Of a stretch of 59,543 nucleotides of DNA, positions 1-9,702 are shown in pieces (the first letter of the stretch is position 1; each line of letters opens with the position of its first letter). The notes under the pieces were generated by a model. That model had not been told where the DNA came from, did no database searches, and saw only the letters and a list, made by a program, of their open reading frames with translations. Both the position numbers and the translations under genes were made by a program. The stretch spans positions 1 to 59,543 of the IMG/VR virus record IMGVR_UViG_3300036846_000476; one strand, written 5' to 3'. Source of the DNA: a virus (taxonomy: Duplodnaviria; Caudoviricetes).

Positions 1-127
1 AAGCCGACGCCGCGCCAGGAGGTGACGATCGCGCAGATCGGGGCCGCCGGGGTGCCGGTCTTTGTCATCAAGGACGAGGACAGCCTCGACGTATTTAAAA
101 ATTGGATAAGGGAACAAGTGGATGGGC
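1..127. repeat. Terminal overlap identical to 59417..59543 (circular assembly)
   Basis: First 127 bp equal the last 127 bp; the VRR-NUC reading frame runs through the join. Confidence 0.95.
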
Positions 128-322
128 CTGATCGAAGAGCGCACCGGCGGCCCGTACGGGGTGTCGATGTATAAGCGGCGCAAGAAGTTCACGGCCGGTC
201 GCGTGGCATGTCTCGGGGTCATCATCGCGCTGGTTGGCAATGAGCTGACTGAGGGGTGGGTGCGCGAGGCGTTTGAGATCGGCGCCATTATCATCGCCGT
301 GCTTGGGTTGATGCTCGAATGA
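122..322 (+). CDS. Small two-TM membrane protein (holin-like candidate); may start at 167
   Basis: Two hydrophobic segments; stop overlaps the helicase ATG (ATGA). Confidence 0.45.
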   Translation: MGLIEERTGGPYGVSMYKRRKKFTAGRVACLGVIIALVGNELTEGWVREAFEIGAIIIAVLGLMLE

Positions 323-1908
323 TCACCCTTAGTACCGGTACTAACATGTTCGTCACCTCGAATGCCAAGCACGTCATCGTGCCCTGGCAGGAGAACCTCG
401 CCAGGGTGGTGCCGCATGCGCGCACCCTCGTGCACGAGGGTGCGCGCATGCTCGTGCTGCCCAACCGGCAGGACGAGATCAGGGTCGCGCGCAACCTCGG
501 GCTCGCGATCCCGTCGCCGGTCCTGACCAGTTATGATTGGCTCGGCAAGAAGCCCTGGGACATTCAGCGCACCACGACCGCGCTATTAGCCGAGAGCCCC
601 CGGGCCTACGTGCTGAACGAGTTCGGCACCGGCAAGACCCGCAGTGTTATTTGGGCAGCCGACTACCTCAAACGAACAGACAACATCGGGCCGGTGCTGG
701 TGACCGCACCCCTGTCGACATTAACCCCGGTGTGGGAAGCCGAACTCTTTCGGTTGATCCCAGCGGCGCGCGTCCAGCTGATCCACGGCACCAAGGCACG
801 ACGGATCGAACGCCTCAAGGAAGACGCCGATTGGTACATCATCAACCATCATGGCCTCGACCTGATGCTCGACGAGCTGATCGCGCGCAAGTTTCAGATC
901 TTCGTAATCGACGAGCTGGCGGTCCTGCGCAATCGAAGAACCTTATGGTGGAAGGCAGCCAATGTCCTGATGAACAACCAGGCCACCTCGGTCAAATACG
1001 TCTGGGGGCTGACGGGCTCGCCGACGCCGAAGGCCCCGACCGACGCCTGGGCGCAGATCAAGCTGATGACACCCGGTCAGACCACCCGGACCTTTACCAG
1101 GTTCCGTGACCTGACGATGCGCCAGGTCTCACCCTTTAGATGGGTGAAGCGGAACACCGCGCGCCAGCTGATCCACGACCAGATGCAGCCTGCCGTGCGC
1201 TTCGCGCTCGACGATGTGACCGAGCTGCCGGCGATCACCTACCGCAGCCAGAAGGTACCGCTCGAACCCGAGGCGGCGCAGGCCTACCAGCTGATGATGA
1301 ACAAGCTGCGGGTCATCACCAAAAACGGCGAGACGATCACCGCCGTCAACGAGGCGGTCCTGCAGAGTAAGTTACTGCAGGTCTCGTGCGGGTTCATCTA
1401 TACCGACAAAAAAGGGATTTACCGGTTACCCGTTAACTCACGGCTGCAAGCTCTTCTCGATATCGTCGAGAGCACCGACCGTAAGTTCCTGGTGTTCGTG
1501 CCGTTCCTGCATGCGCTCGACGGCGTCGCCACGTTTTTACAAAAAGCGGGCGAGGACATCGCGGTGGTGCATGGCCAGACTCCGGTCGGGTTTCGCAACA
1601 AGGTATTTAGATCGTTCCAGGAAAGCCTCGACGAGGTTCGCGGCATCGTCGCACACCCGGCCTGTATGTCGCACGGACTCACACTCACTGCCGCCAACAC
1701 GGTGATCTGGTACTCGCCGGTCAACAACTACGAGACCTACGAGCAGGCCAACGCGCGGGTCTACCGGCCAGGCCAGACCAGCAAGACTTTGATCGCGCAT
1801 CTGATCGGCACACCGGTCGAGCAGGCCACGTATCGGCGGCTGCAGGAGCGGGGTAACTTCCAGGGGATGCTGCTCGAGCTGTTCCACCGGCAGGAGCAGG
1901 ACCTATGA
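319..1908 (+). CDS. SNF2-family (SF2) helicase; alternative start at ATG 346
   Basis: GTGKT Walker A, VIDE Walker B, LTGSP motif III, HGLTL and QANARVYRPGQ motif VI. Confidence 0.9.
   Translation: MITLSTGTNMFVTSNAKHVIVPWQENLARVVPHARTLVHEGARMLVLPNRQDEIRVARNLGLAIPSPVLTSYDWLGKKPWDIQRTTTALLAESPRAYVLNEFGTGKTRSVIWAADYLKRTDNIGPVLVTAPLSTLTPVWEAELFRLIPAARVQLIHGTKARRIERLKEDADWYIINHHGLDLMLDELIARKFQIFVIDELAVLRNRRTLWWKAANVLMNNQATSVKYVWGLTGSPTPKAPTDAWAQIKLMTPGQTTRTFTRFRDLTMRQVSPFRWVKRNTARQLIHDQMQPAVRFALDDVTELPAITYRSQKVPLEPEAAQAYQLMMNKLRVITKNGETITAVNEAVLQSKLLQVSCGFIYTDKKGIYRLPVNSRLQALLDIVESTDRKFLVFVPFLHALDGVATFLQKAGEDIAVVHGQTPVGFRNKVFRSFQESLDEVRGIVAHPACMSHGLTLTAANTVIWYSPVNNYETYEQANARVYRPGQTSKTLIAHLIGTPVEQATYRRLQERGNFQGMLLELFHRQEQDL
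329..344. repeat. Motif A palindrome TTAGTACCGGTACTAA (exact)
   Basis: Read directly; immediately before ATG 346. Confidence 0.97.
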
Positions 1909-1972
1909 CCTTGACAAATCACGACCAACCCCCTAAGTACCAATCGTCCATTAAGTCCATCCGAGTACAACT

Positions 1973-2007
1973 ACGGCGCGCGGCTCCGAACCGCGCGCCG
2001 TTTTTTT
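1973..2007 (+). terminator. Rho-independent terminator
   Basis: ACGGCGCGCGG-loop-CCGCGCGCCGT followed by a T run. Confidence 0.85.
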
Positions 2008-2161
2008 ATTTGTCTTGGAGGTGACATGGGCTTCCACGAAGACGAGGTGCGGCGCGTCCTACGGTGGACGCCGAATTACTACGCCGCGACGCAACGGCTA
2101 TGGCCCAATCTTAAACGCGACGACCAGGAACTAATCGCTGCAGCTTTACAGGTGGTGAGCG

Positions 2162-2542
2162 ATGACGCCCGGCGACATGATCAACAACTATCTCAAACTC
2201 CGCAGGAAGCTGGAGAAGATAGCGGAGAGGCACAAGCAGGAGCTGGAGCCCTACCTCGAACTGAAGAACCAGTTGGAGGTGAGCCTCTTAGCTCACCTCC
2301 ACGAAGCCAAGGTCGACAGCACAAAGTCCGAGGCCGGCACCGCGTTTAAGGCGACCGCCACATCGGTGACGGTCAAGGACTGGAACAAGACCCTGCCATT
2401 TATTATCGAGAACGAGCTGTGGGATCTGTTGGAAGGGCGCGTCGCGAAGAACGCGGCGATCGAGGTGATCGAGGAGCGCGCCGCACCGATCCCGGGCGTC
2501 GAAGTTTCTCAAACGACGGTCTTGCGGGTGCGTGCCGGGTAG
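2162..2542 (+). CDS. Phage replication-module protein (coiled coil), function unknown
   Basis: Coherent 126-aa ORF with RBS-like GGTGAG, between helicase and SSB-like gene. Confidence 0.75.
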   Translation: MTPGDMINNYLKLRRKLEKIAERHKQELEPYLELKNQLEVSLLAHLHEAKVDSTKSEAGTAFKATATSVTVKDWNKTLPFIIENELWDLLEGRVAKNAAIEVIEERAAPIPGVEVSQTTVLRVRAG

Positions 2543-2559
2543 GTCTAAACTCGCATAAC

Positions 2560-2572
2560 TACAGTTCCTATA
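2560..2572. promoter_or_regulatory. Motif B operator-like palindrome TACAG-TTC-CTATA
   Basis: Read directly; just upstream of the GGAGG RBS of the SSB-like gene. Confidence 0.7.
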
Positions 2573-2589
2573 ATATCGGAGGATGGACG

Positions 2590-3681
2590 ATGGCAGGGCA
2601 ACTTATCCCAATCGATCGCGGTCCCTCGAAGATCGTGCTGCACCGTCGATCGACGCTGCTCGATAACGCGAAGCAGGGACTGCAACCAAGCTTCGCTGTG
2701 ATCGGCTACAAGGGGCGCAACTGGCGTCTCAAATTCCGCAGTGAAGAAACCCTCCTGCGCGACGACCGTGGCCAGCCGCTCGGGTCCATCGAGGTCGTCA
2801 TTGTCGGGGTTAGCCCAAATATCTCACGACAGTATTTTGCCAAAAGCTACACCGAAGGCGACGACGAGGGGCCGGACTGCTTCTCGACCAATGGCGAGAA
2901 ACCCGACGCCGCCGCGCCACGCAAGCAGCACGAAGTCTGCGCCACCTGCAAATGGTCGGCATGGGGATCGCGGATCACCGACGCTGGCAAGCGCTCCAAG
3001 ATGTGCCAGGACACGCGCCGGCTGGCGGTGGTGCCGCTGATCGACATCGAGAACGAGACCTTCGGCGGCCCGATGCTACTGCGGTTACCACCGATGAGTT
3101 TGAATAATCTCGGGAACTATTCCGACTTCCTGGCACGCAAGGGTGCGTCCTTCGAGTATGTCGGCACCCGCATCGGGTTCGACTACGACGTCGCGTATCC
3201 GAGGCTCACTTTCGAGGCGATTGGCTTCTTGTCCGAAGAGGACCAGAAGCTGGTGATCGGCGAGGACGGCAGTGGTGGGGTCTGCGCCGACCCGATGCTG
3301 ATGCGGATGCTGTTCGACAACTCGAATGTCGGCCGCTCGGTCGAGGAAGAGGATACGAACAGTAAGGTCGTGCCGATGGCGCGCGGCGGCAAGCAAGCCG
3401 CGTCGGACCCGCGTCAGCCGCCGGAGGAACCCGAAGAACCCGAGGAACCGGCGGAGCCGATGGGCCCGCCTGCGCCAGAACCCCCTCCGCAGCCCCAGGA
3501 AGCGAAGAAACCGGTTAACCCGTTCCAGCAGGCGCTCAAGCCGCAAGCCCCACCAGAGCCCGTCCAGGAGCCCGCTAAGGCCCCTCGCGGCAAGAAGGTG
3601 AACCGGGGCTCGGTCATGCAGCCGGCGCCGGCCTCGCTCAACGAGGCGGTCGACAACCTGCTCGGCGACGACGCCGCTTAG
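2590..3681 (+). CDS. Putative ssDNA-binding/annealing protein with Cys cluster and Pro/Glu-rich acidic tail
   Basis: GGAGG RBS before ATG 2590; PDCFS...CATCKW...KMC; position in replication module. Confidence 0.6.
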   Translation: MAGQLIPIDRGPSKIVLHRRSTLLDNAKQGLQPSFAVIGYKGRNWRLKFRSEETLLRDDRGQPLGSIEVVIVGVSPNISRQYFAKSYTEGDDEGPDCFSTNGEKPDAAAPRKQHEVCATCKWSAWGSRITDAGKRSKMCQDTRRLAVVPLIDIENETFGGPMLLRLPPMSLNNLGNYSDFLARKGASFEYVGTRIGFDYDVAYPRLTFEAIGFLSEEDQKLVIGEDGSGGVCADPMLMRMLFDNSNVGRSVEEEDTNSKVVPMARGGKQAASDPRQPPEEPEEPEEPAEPMGPPAPEPPPQPQEAKKPVNPFQQALKPQAPPEPVQEPAKAPRGKKVNRGSVMQPAPASLNEAVDNLLGDDAA

Positions 3682-3701
3682 CACCCAGCTTGTTCGACGG
3701 C

Positions 3702-3728
3702 AGGGGGCGTCTTGACGCCCCCTTTTTC
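3702..3728 (+). terminator. Rho-independent terminator
   Basis: AGGGGGCGTC-TT-GACGCCCCCT followed by T run. Confidence 0.8.
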
Positions 3729-3742
3729 CGGGACGTTGGGGA

Positions 3743-6673
3743 ATGCTCGATGCCGAGACATTTCTAGCTCGTATTGTCCCCGCCGACGGGTACATCGCCT
3801 TCGCCTACAAGGGCCCCAACTTCAGGGCGATGGCGCATAGGTTCTTTCCGTACCAGGATCTGACCGACGCCGCCAACTGGATGCGGTACGTCAGCCACAA
3901 GATCGACGTGTGGTACGCCGTCGCGTCCTACAAGGACGCAGCTCAGGCCAAGACCGACGGCAACGGCAACCCGATCTACAAGGGCAAGCGCGACCAGGCC
4001 AACACGGTCAGTTTGAAATGCTTCTGGTACGACGCCGATATCTCACGACCGGGTGATAATAAATCACCCGACCAGGTCTACACCGACGATCTGCATGTCA
4101 CGCGCTGGCTGGCCCAGGCTAAAACCCAGGGCCTGCCCATACCCAATCTGTGGATCAGGTCGGGCTACGGTGTGCACCTGTATTGGGTGCTGGACACACC
4201 GTTGCCCCGGGTCGAGTGGATAACGCACGCGCAGCGCTTCCGGCAGCTTTTAATAAACACCGGCGCGCGCGGCGACATCGGGGTCTCGACTGACTGCGCC
4301 CGCATACTCAGGATACCGGAGAGCTGGAACCACAAAGTCCCAGCCAACCCAACCCAATGCTACGACATGACGCCGCCGGCCATCGAGCAGCGCCTACCGG
4401 ACTACAAAACTCAGGACTTTATAAAACTACTGCCGGTTAGTACCGGTACTAAACAACTCACTGGTTCACCGGCCGCGCCGGTGAACCGTTCGCCGCTGCT
4501 CTCAGCGGCGAAGGCCGGGCTCGCTCGCGCGCCGCATGACTTTAAACTCATTGCCAACCGCTGCCCGCAGGTCGCCAGGTCGCTCGCCGAGGCAGGAGCA
4601 ACCGACGCCCGCCCGCTGTGGCACCTGATGCTCAATCTGGCTTATCTCTGCGGAGATAAGCAATCGGCGCACGATATCGGTTCGGCGCACCCAACCTACT
4701 CGGTGGCCGACACCGACAACAAGTGGGACCAGACCGAGGCCGAGCATCAACACAAGGATTTCGGCGCGCCCTTTTGCGCGAGCTTCGACAGCGCGCGACC
4801 GGGCATCTGCTCAATGTGTCACCACTGGCAGAAGATCACCTCGCCCTACAGCCTCGGTCTTCTCGACGATCCGACCACAACCGGCTTACCCAGTGGGTAC
4901 CGGCACGGCCAGGACGCCCTGGAGATTTATCTCAAGGATGGTTGGACGAAGCTAGTCGAGGGCGCGGTCTCCAACCCGAAGCTGTTCCGCCACGGCGACA
5001 CCTACCGGCTCCTGTTCGACTACACCTTCGCCGGCCGCGCCTCGCATGTCGTCATCAACGATAAGGACATCAGCTCGACGGTCGACAAGCTGCGCGGGCT
5101 CCTGGTGACACAAGGCGTCTCGCTCAATTACACAACCACCATACCGTTTGGGAAATTTATCATGGCCTGGATCGAGGAGCTGCGGAAACACACCGTCGTC
5201 GAGCTGAGGCCGCCCTTTGGCTGGGTGACCAACACAGATGGGACTTATCTGGGGCTTAGTGTCGCCGGAACCTTCTATGGGGCAGACGGGTCGGAAAATG
5301 AGGCTCTCACCGGTGACCCGAAGATCCACGAGTTTTACCAACCGAGGGGCAACATCGACACCTGGAAGAAGTCCGTCGAGTTTGTCGTTGGCACCAGGCC
5401 CGATCTGCAAGCGACCTTTGCCGTTGCATTCGCCGCGCCGATCATGGAGCTGGTCGGCGAGAGCGGCATTCTGTCGATATGGTCAAAGGAGTCGGCCACA
5501 TACAAAACATCGGTGTTTCACTCCGGCAGCTCGGTGTGGTGTGACCCTATAAGGGGCACCTCGGCGATCCGCGACACAACCAATTCAGTACAGCAAAGCT
5601 TAATGCAGACGCGGTTCATGCCGGTGTTCTGGGATGAAGTCCATATAGACACACCCGAACAGCGCGCCACGATGGTCGAGATGTTCTTTAACATCACGCA
5701 AGGTCGGGGCAGGGCGCGGCTCGACCAGAAGATGGAACAACGCGACCCGGGGCAGTGGCGCACGATGATGGCGACTGCATCGAACCACCCGATGAGCGAT
5801 CTCATAGAACAGGACCGGCAGGGAACCGATGCTGGCACGCTGCGGGTGTTCGAGTACCGGTTTGCAGTTCCCTCAGGACCTACCACTGGACCCAACATTG
5901 CCGGCGAGGCGCAGTACCACTACGGCCATGCCGGGCGGGTTTATGCAAAGTGGCTGGCTCAAAACGTCGACCGGATCAAAACCAACATCAAGCAGGTTAG
6001 GGAGATCATCAAAGAGAAACTCGAAGCCCGCAGATTGGAGGGGCCGAAGGGTAACGAGAGGTTCTACATCGCTTCTATCGTCGGCATCGTGGTCGGAGCG
6101 GCGATCGCCAAACACCTTGGCCTGGTCAACCTGCAGCCGAGCGGTATTTTGAATTTCCTGCTCGACCGTTTTATCGAGCAGCGCGCAGAGCGCGAAGAGA
6201 ACAACCCGGTGCACGACGAGGCAATGTGGCTGTCGCGCAACTTCGAGAAGTTTGTATCGGACCACACGGAGCATCTCTTAGTCACCCAGAGTTTCATCCC
6301 GCGCGGACGACCGCGCGCTGGCCTGCCCCAGGACCGGGTGCGGGTCCTGAAACAGCCAGGACCGAAGTGCGTCTATGCCAAGATCCACATTGGCCTCGAC
6401 GACGCCGAGATGCGCTTCGATCGGCAGGACTTCATCAAGTGGTGCTTCGCCAACGGGCTCTCATACAAGGGGCTGCTCGAGGTGATGCAGCGCGATTGGA
6501 GTGTGAGCGACAAGGTCAGGAACATCCTGGCCAAATCGACCGACTGGGCTTCGGGCGGGCAGGTCTACTACCACCGAGTCCCGCTGACGAGACCTGAGCT
6601 TTCCCACCATCTGGGTTGGGGAACGCCGGTTAGTACCGGTACTAACGTCGTACCACTGACAGGAGGAACGTGA
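3743..6673 (+). CDS. Primase-helicase (AEP/RepB-like primase N-terminus, DUF927-like helicase C-terminus)
   Basis: DAD, SGYGVHLYW and RILRIP primase motifs; Cys cluster; degenerate Walker A (SATYKT), WDE, QGRGRAR. Confidence 0.85.
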   Translation: MLDAETFLARIVPADGYIAFAYKGPNFRAMAHRFFPYQDLTDAANWMRYVSHKIDVWYAVASYKDAAQAKTDGNGNPIYKGKRDQANTVSLKCFWYDADISRPGDNKSPDQVYTDDLHVTRWLAQAKTQGLPIPNLWIRSGYGVHLYWVLDTPLPRVEWITHAQRFRQLLINTGARGDIGVSTDCARILRIPESWNHKVPANPTQCYDMTPPAIEQRLPDYKTQDFIKLLPVSTGTKQLTGSPAAPVNRSPLLSAAKAGLARAPHDFKLIANRCPQVARSLAEAGATDARPLWHLMLNLAYLCGDKQSAHDIGSAHPTYSVADTDNKWDQTEAEHQHKDFGAPFCASFDSARPGICSMCHHWQKITSPYSLGLLDDPTTTGLPSGYRHGQDALEIYLKDGWTKLVEGAVSNPKLFRHGDTYRLLFDYTFAGRASHVVINDKDISSTVDKLRGLLVTQGVSLNYTTTIPFGKFIMAWIEELRKHTVVELRPPFGWVTNTDGTYLGLSVAGTFYGADGSENEALTGDPKIHEFYQPRGNIDTWKKSVEFVVGTRPDLQATFAVAFAAPIMELVGESGILSIWSKESATYKTSVFHSGSSVWCDPIRGTSAIRDTTNSVQQSLMQTRFMPVFWDEVHIDTPEQRATMVEMFFNITQGRGRARLDQKMEQRDPGQWRTMMATASNHPMSDLIEQDRQGTDAGTLRVFEYRFAVPSGPTTGPNIAGEAQYHYGHAGRVYAKWLAQNVDRIKTNIKQVREIIKEKLEARRLEGPKGNERFYIASIVGIVVGAAIAKHLGLVNLQPSGILNFLLDRFIEQRAEREENNPVHDEAMWLSRNFEKFVSDHTEHLLVTQSFIPRGRPRAGLPQDRVRVLKQPGPKCVYAKIHIGLDDAEMRFDRQDFIKWCFANGLSYKGLLEVMQRDWSVSDKVRNILAKSTDWASGGQVYYHRVPLTRPELSHHLGWGTPVSTGTNVVPLTGGT
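4437..4452. repeat. Motif A (exact), in-frame in primase linker (VSTGTK)
   Basis: Read directly. Confidence 0.97.
6630..6645. repeat. Motif A (exact), in primase C-terminal tail (VSTGTN)
   Basis: Read directly. Confidence 0.97.
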
Positions 6674-6846
6674 TGCCAAGAAGAACGCCCTCGGGGAAGA
6701 AGACCGCCGTCGCCGACGTCGAGGACAAGCTCAAGAAGGAGTACCCGAACAACCCCGGCGCGGTGTACGGCACGCTGAACAAGATCGGTTTAAAGCGCGG
6801 CAACAAGACCACCGCCAAGGGGCGGCGGGCAGCCAAGGGAGCCTGA
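6673..6846 (+). CDS. Small basic protein, 57 aa (MPRRTPSGKK...RRAAKGA), absent from ORF track
   Basis: AGGAGG RBS and TGATG coupling to the primase stop. Confidence 0.7.
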   Translation: MPRRTPSGKKTAVADVEDKLKKEYPNNPGAVYGTLNKIGLKRGNKTTAKGRRAAKGA

Positions 6847-6847
6847 C

Positions 6848-7087
6848 ATGCGGATTAACATATACGACGAAGAGCTGGGTGAAGGCGTCGACCTGATCCA
6901 GCAAACATCGCGGAACGGCGAGGTGTTTCTCGGGTTGCGGGTGTGGCTCAAGTCACCGCAGGAAATCCTCGACCACTCGACACCGGAAGATGACGACCGA
7001 TCGGCGGTCACCTTCTGGTCACGCGACGTAAACGTTATCAAAGTTCTGATCGACCAGATGCGCTTGTCAATTTGGATTGACCCATAA
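6848..7087 (+). CDS. Hypothetical protein
   Basis: GGGAG RBS; fills operon gap. Confidence 0.7.
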   Translation: MRINIYDEELGEGVDLIQQTSRNGEVFLGLRVWLKSPQEILDHSTPEDDDRSAVTFWSRDVNVIKVLIDQMRLSIWIDP

Positions 7088-7105
7088 TTATAGGAGTGTT
7101 ATTAT

Positions 7106-7486
7106 ATGCCACGTATTCAAACACTTGAAGAAGTGGCGGAAGAATACCGCGTGTCACCGAGGTGGCTGCGCGACTATGTGCGCGCACACAACATCCCGGT
7201 GTTGCGCAGCCGTCACAAAATCAGGTTTGATCACGTCGCGATCACGAAACTTGAAGAGGAAATGCGATGTCGCTCAAAGTCCGAGAAAGAGGTGACCGTC
7301 CGGGGACGTACCAAATCTACGGCAGTGCAGGCGGGCAGCTCATACGACAGACTGCTCAGTCTCACAGCCTCAAGCTCGCCAAAGAAGAAGCCGCCCTCCT
7401 CGAGGCGCGGCTCATCAAGGAGGAACTCACCGGCGCAAAAGGTCGTCGCGATCGGCTCTTCGCCGAGATCGCCGAAGCATACATAG
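7106..7486 (+). CDS. xis: Excisionase-like HTH protein
   Basis: TLEEVAEEYRVSPRWLRDY HTH, wing RHKIRF; AGGAG RBS; directly upstream of and overlapping the integrase. Confidence 0.75.
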   Translation: MPRIQTLEEVAEEYRVSPRWLRDYVRAHNIPVLRSRHKIRFDHVAITKLEEEMRCRSKSEKEVTVRGRTKSTAVQAGSSYDRLLSLTASSSPKKKPPSSRRGSSRRNSPAQKVVAIGSSPRSPKHT

Positions 7487-8364
7487 AAAACCAGAAACGA
7501 CACCCAGCACAGATCACTCGCATCCTGGCAATTGTCCGGGCGCTCGGTGACAAACGGGTCAGCGCAATCGACCAGGAAGAAGTCGACCGGATTACCCACA
7601 TGCTAATCAAGAAGCAACACCCTGCACGCAACACCGTCAAGATCACCGTCACCATGCCGCTGCGGGCCGTGATCAACTTCGGCTGGCGGCGGCGCTGGTG
7701 CGAGGCAATCCCGCCCTTCGAGCTGCCCGACGAGAACCGCGCCAAGAAGACCGCGACGATCCTACCGCATGAAGCGAGGCTCTTGGTCGATGCCGCATCG
7801 CGGCATATCCGGCCGATCCTCGTTACGATGTTTGGCATCGGCTCGCGGATCACCGAGACGCTGGCGCTGGAATGGGCCGACGTCGATCTCACCACCGCCA
7901 AGGCGACGTTGATCCAGAAGGGCCGGAACGGCGGGCGGGTGCGGCATGTCCGGTTGCCGCCGGCGGTCGTCGCGGCCCTGGCCTCGATCCCGGGTCCACG
8001 GGAGGGGCGTGTCTTCCTCACCCGCTTCGGCCTGCCCTACCGGCTCGACCGCCAAAAGGAGGGGCGCGGCGGCGGTTCCCTCGACCACGCCCTAACCAGT
8101 GCGATGCGACGCGCCGGGTTCGCTGGTCAGCCCTGGACGGCGCACACGCTGCGCCACAGCTGGGCCTCCTGGCACCTGGCGGTCTACCGTAGTCCGAAGC
8201 GGCTGCAGGAGGATGGCGGCTGGGACCGGCTGACGATGATCGACCGCTATACCCATCTGGCCCCGGAGGGGCACGAGGCGGCGATCCTGGCCTTTTGGGG
8301 TCTCGGTGCCAAAGTTGACACCAAGGTTACACCAGACCAAAACGGGGTTGCGCTAACTGCTTGA
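7267..8364 (+). CDS. int: Tyrosine recombinase/integrase
   Basis: Catalytic set R (GSRITE), K (QKG), HxxR (HTLRH), W (GGW), Y (RYTH). Confidence 0.92.
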   Translation: MSLKVRERGDRPGTYQIYGSAGGQLIRQTAQSHSLKLAKEEAALLEARLIKEELTGAKGRRDRLFAEIAEAYIENQKRHPAQITRILAIVRALGDKRVSAIDQEEVDRITHMLIKKQHPARNTVKITVTMPLRAVINFGWRRRWCEAIPPFELPDENRAKKTATILPHEARLLVDAASRHIRPILVTMFGIGSRITETLALEWADVDLTTAKATLIQKGRNGGRVRHVRLPPAVVAALASIPGPREGRVFLTRFGLPYRLDRQKEGRGGGSLDHALTSAMRRAGFAGQPWTAHTLRHSWASWHLAVYRSPKRLQEDGGWDRLTMIDRYTHLAPEGHEAAILAFWGLGAKVDTKVTPDQNGVALTA

Positions 8365-8554
8365 AGTAATATAGGGTTTTTGACTATGGCGACCAACCCT
8401 ACAAGTAGATCGACATAGTTTAAGCCATCCTTTAATTACCTTAGATTTCCTAACGTTTACAAGCGCCTGGAAAATATAGCACCTACAAACACGCACCGAC
8501 AGAAACTCAAAAACACGAACAGAAACGAACCAAATTGACACCAGGATTACACCA
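8315..8554. other. Probable attP
   Basis: Arm-like direct repeats TTGACACCAAGGTTACACCA (8315-8334) and TTGACACCAGGATTACACCA (8535-8554) flank an AT-rich spacer with an imperfect inverted repeat (8383-8394/8408-8419), at the 3' end of int. Confidence 0.65.
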
Positions 8555-8582
8555 AGCGTTCTCGATGTGTACCGGAGGGACG

Positions 8583-8855
8583 ATGCACCAGACGACAAAA
8601 CGCTCGCGCGGCAGACCGCGCACCCGACCACCGAAGCCGCTACGGTCAGCGTACCCAATGCGCATGCGCTACCCGGACTTTCGATTGAACGGACCGTTCT
8701 ACCGGTTCGATGACGACAAAGGCCCCACGGTCGTCGCCTGGGCGCATCATGAAATGTGCCCGATCTTCTACGGCACCTACGACGACTGCCAGGAGCTGCT
8801 GCGTGACCTACGTGCTACGTCCGCAAATACAGCAAGGCCAGCATCAGCAGCATGA
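8583..8855 (+). CDS. Hypothetical protein with AT-hook-like RGRPR
   Basis: GGAGGG RBS before ATG 8583. Confidence 0.5.
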   Translation: MHQTTKRSRGRPRTRPPKPLRSAYPMRMRYPDFRLNGPFYRFDDDKGPTVVAWAHHEMCPIFYGTYDDCQELLRDLRATSANTARPASAA

Positions 8856-8903
8856 GGAGGACGGACCAGAGTAACGCCTCGCACGCCAGGATTAGAGTGC
8901 GGA

Positions 8904-9185
8904 TCACTGTGGCCTGGGGGTCGCGTTTGGCTCCCAGTTTTCCCGTCCATCCTTCGCGACGTGGACCAGTGTCGCTTGGCACTCCGGGTGCCACCAGGGA
9001 TGGCACCAGCAATCCAGGTCGAGGATATGCCGGCGGCTGTCGCCCTTTGGGACGAGGTGCTTGGTGCGACCATCGTCGTCGTGGTAGACGCCCCAGCCGG
9101 TTTCCAGGGGCAGCGGGTGCTTTCTGTTGGCCTCGTGGTAGGCGCGCAACCGGCGGGCCTCGTGGTGCTTCATCTTCATCTTCAT
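8904..9185 (-). CDS. Hypothetical protein (His/Cys-rich)
   Basis: Part of a tightly coupled minus-strand run. Confidence 0.55.
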   Translation of the reverse strand: MKMKMKHHEARRLRAYHEANRKHPLPLETGWGVYHDDDGRTKHLVPKGDSRRHILDLDCWCHPWWHPECQATLVHVAKDGRENWEPNATPRPQ

Positions 9186-9187
9186 CG

Positions 9188-9433
9188 CTAACCGCCGAGC
9201 GGCGGTGGCGGCCGGAAGACGCAGCTTAGCTCGTGCTCAGGCCCACGGCACCCACAAGAAATGCCAGGGGCGGGAATTGGTGGTGGTTCCGGTAACTCGT
9301 GTTTATGAGGCACCACCACAAACCCTTCCACCCAGAGCCAAGCGAGTAAGTGGTCTGTACGTGAAAGCTCAACCGGCTGGTAGCCAGCCGCAAAATAACG
9401 ACACAATGCCGAACGCGCTCTCGACGAGTTCAT
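9188..9433 (-). CDS. Hypothetical protein
   Basis: Coupled to neighbouring genes. Confidence 0.55.
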   Translation of the reverse strand: MNSSRARSALCRYFAAGYQPVELSRTDHLLAWLWVEGFVVVPHKHELPEPPPIPAPGISCGCRGPEHELSCVFRPPPPLGG

Positions 9434-9645
9434 CAGTTAAATCCGTTGATAATTCGCCGCGCGGTGTCGATGGTTGGTGACACCATGTAGAGCAGCGCCA
9501 TCGTGGAAAGGACGGGGCTGTCAGCCCATTCCCGATGCTTGGCGAGATCGCTCAACATCGAGGTGACGGCGTTCTGATAGTCACCCCTGTTGAGGTACTC
9601 GAGCGCCCGTTCACGACACCAAGCGAGATGCTCGTCGCGGTTCAT
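9433..9645 (-). CDS. Hypothetical phage protein
   Basis: TGATG coupling; protein-like composition. Confidence 0.7.
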   Translation of the reverse strand: MNRDEHLAWCRERALEYLNRGDYQNAVTSMLSDLAKHREWADSPVLSTMALLYMVSPTIDTARRIINGFN

Positions 9646-9702
9646 GTAAAGACTGCCAAAAAATACGATAGTGTTCGATCTGCGTCCAAGGTGTCGGTTT
9701 CA

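Noticed and set aside
1-127. 127-bp end repeat as a biological terminal repeat
   Set aside because: It falls inside the VRR-NUC gene and matches a common assembler k-mer length, so it is most likely a circular overlap
329-344. Motif A as a LexA box or canonical parS
   Set aside because: Cyanobacterial-type LexA boxes have a 4-bp spacer between GTAC halves (2 bp here); the sequence differs from TGTTTCACGTGAAACA and no ParB is evident
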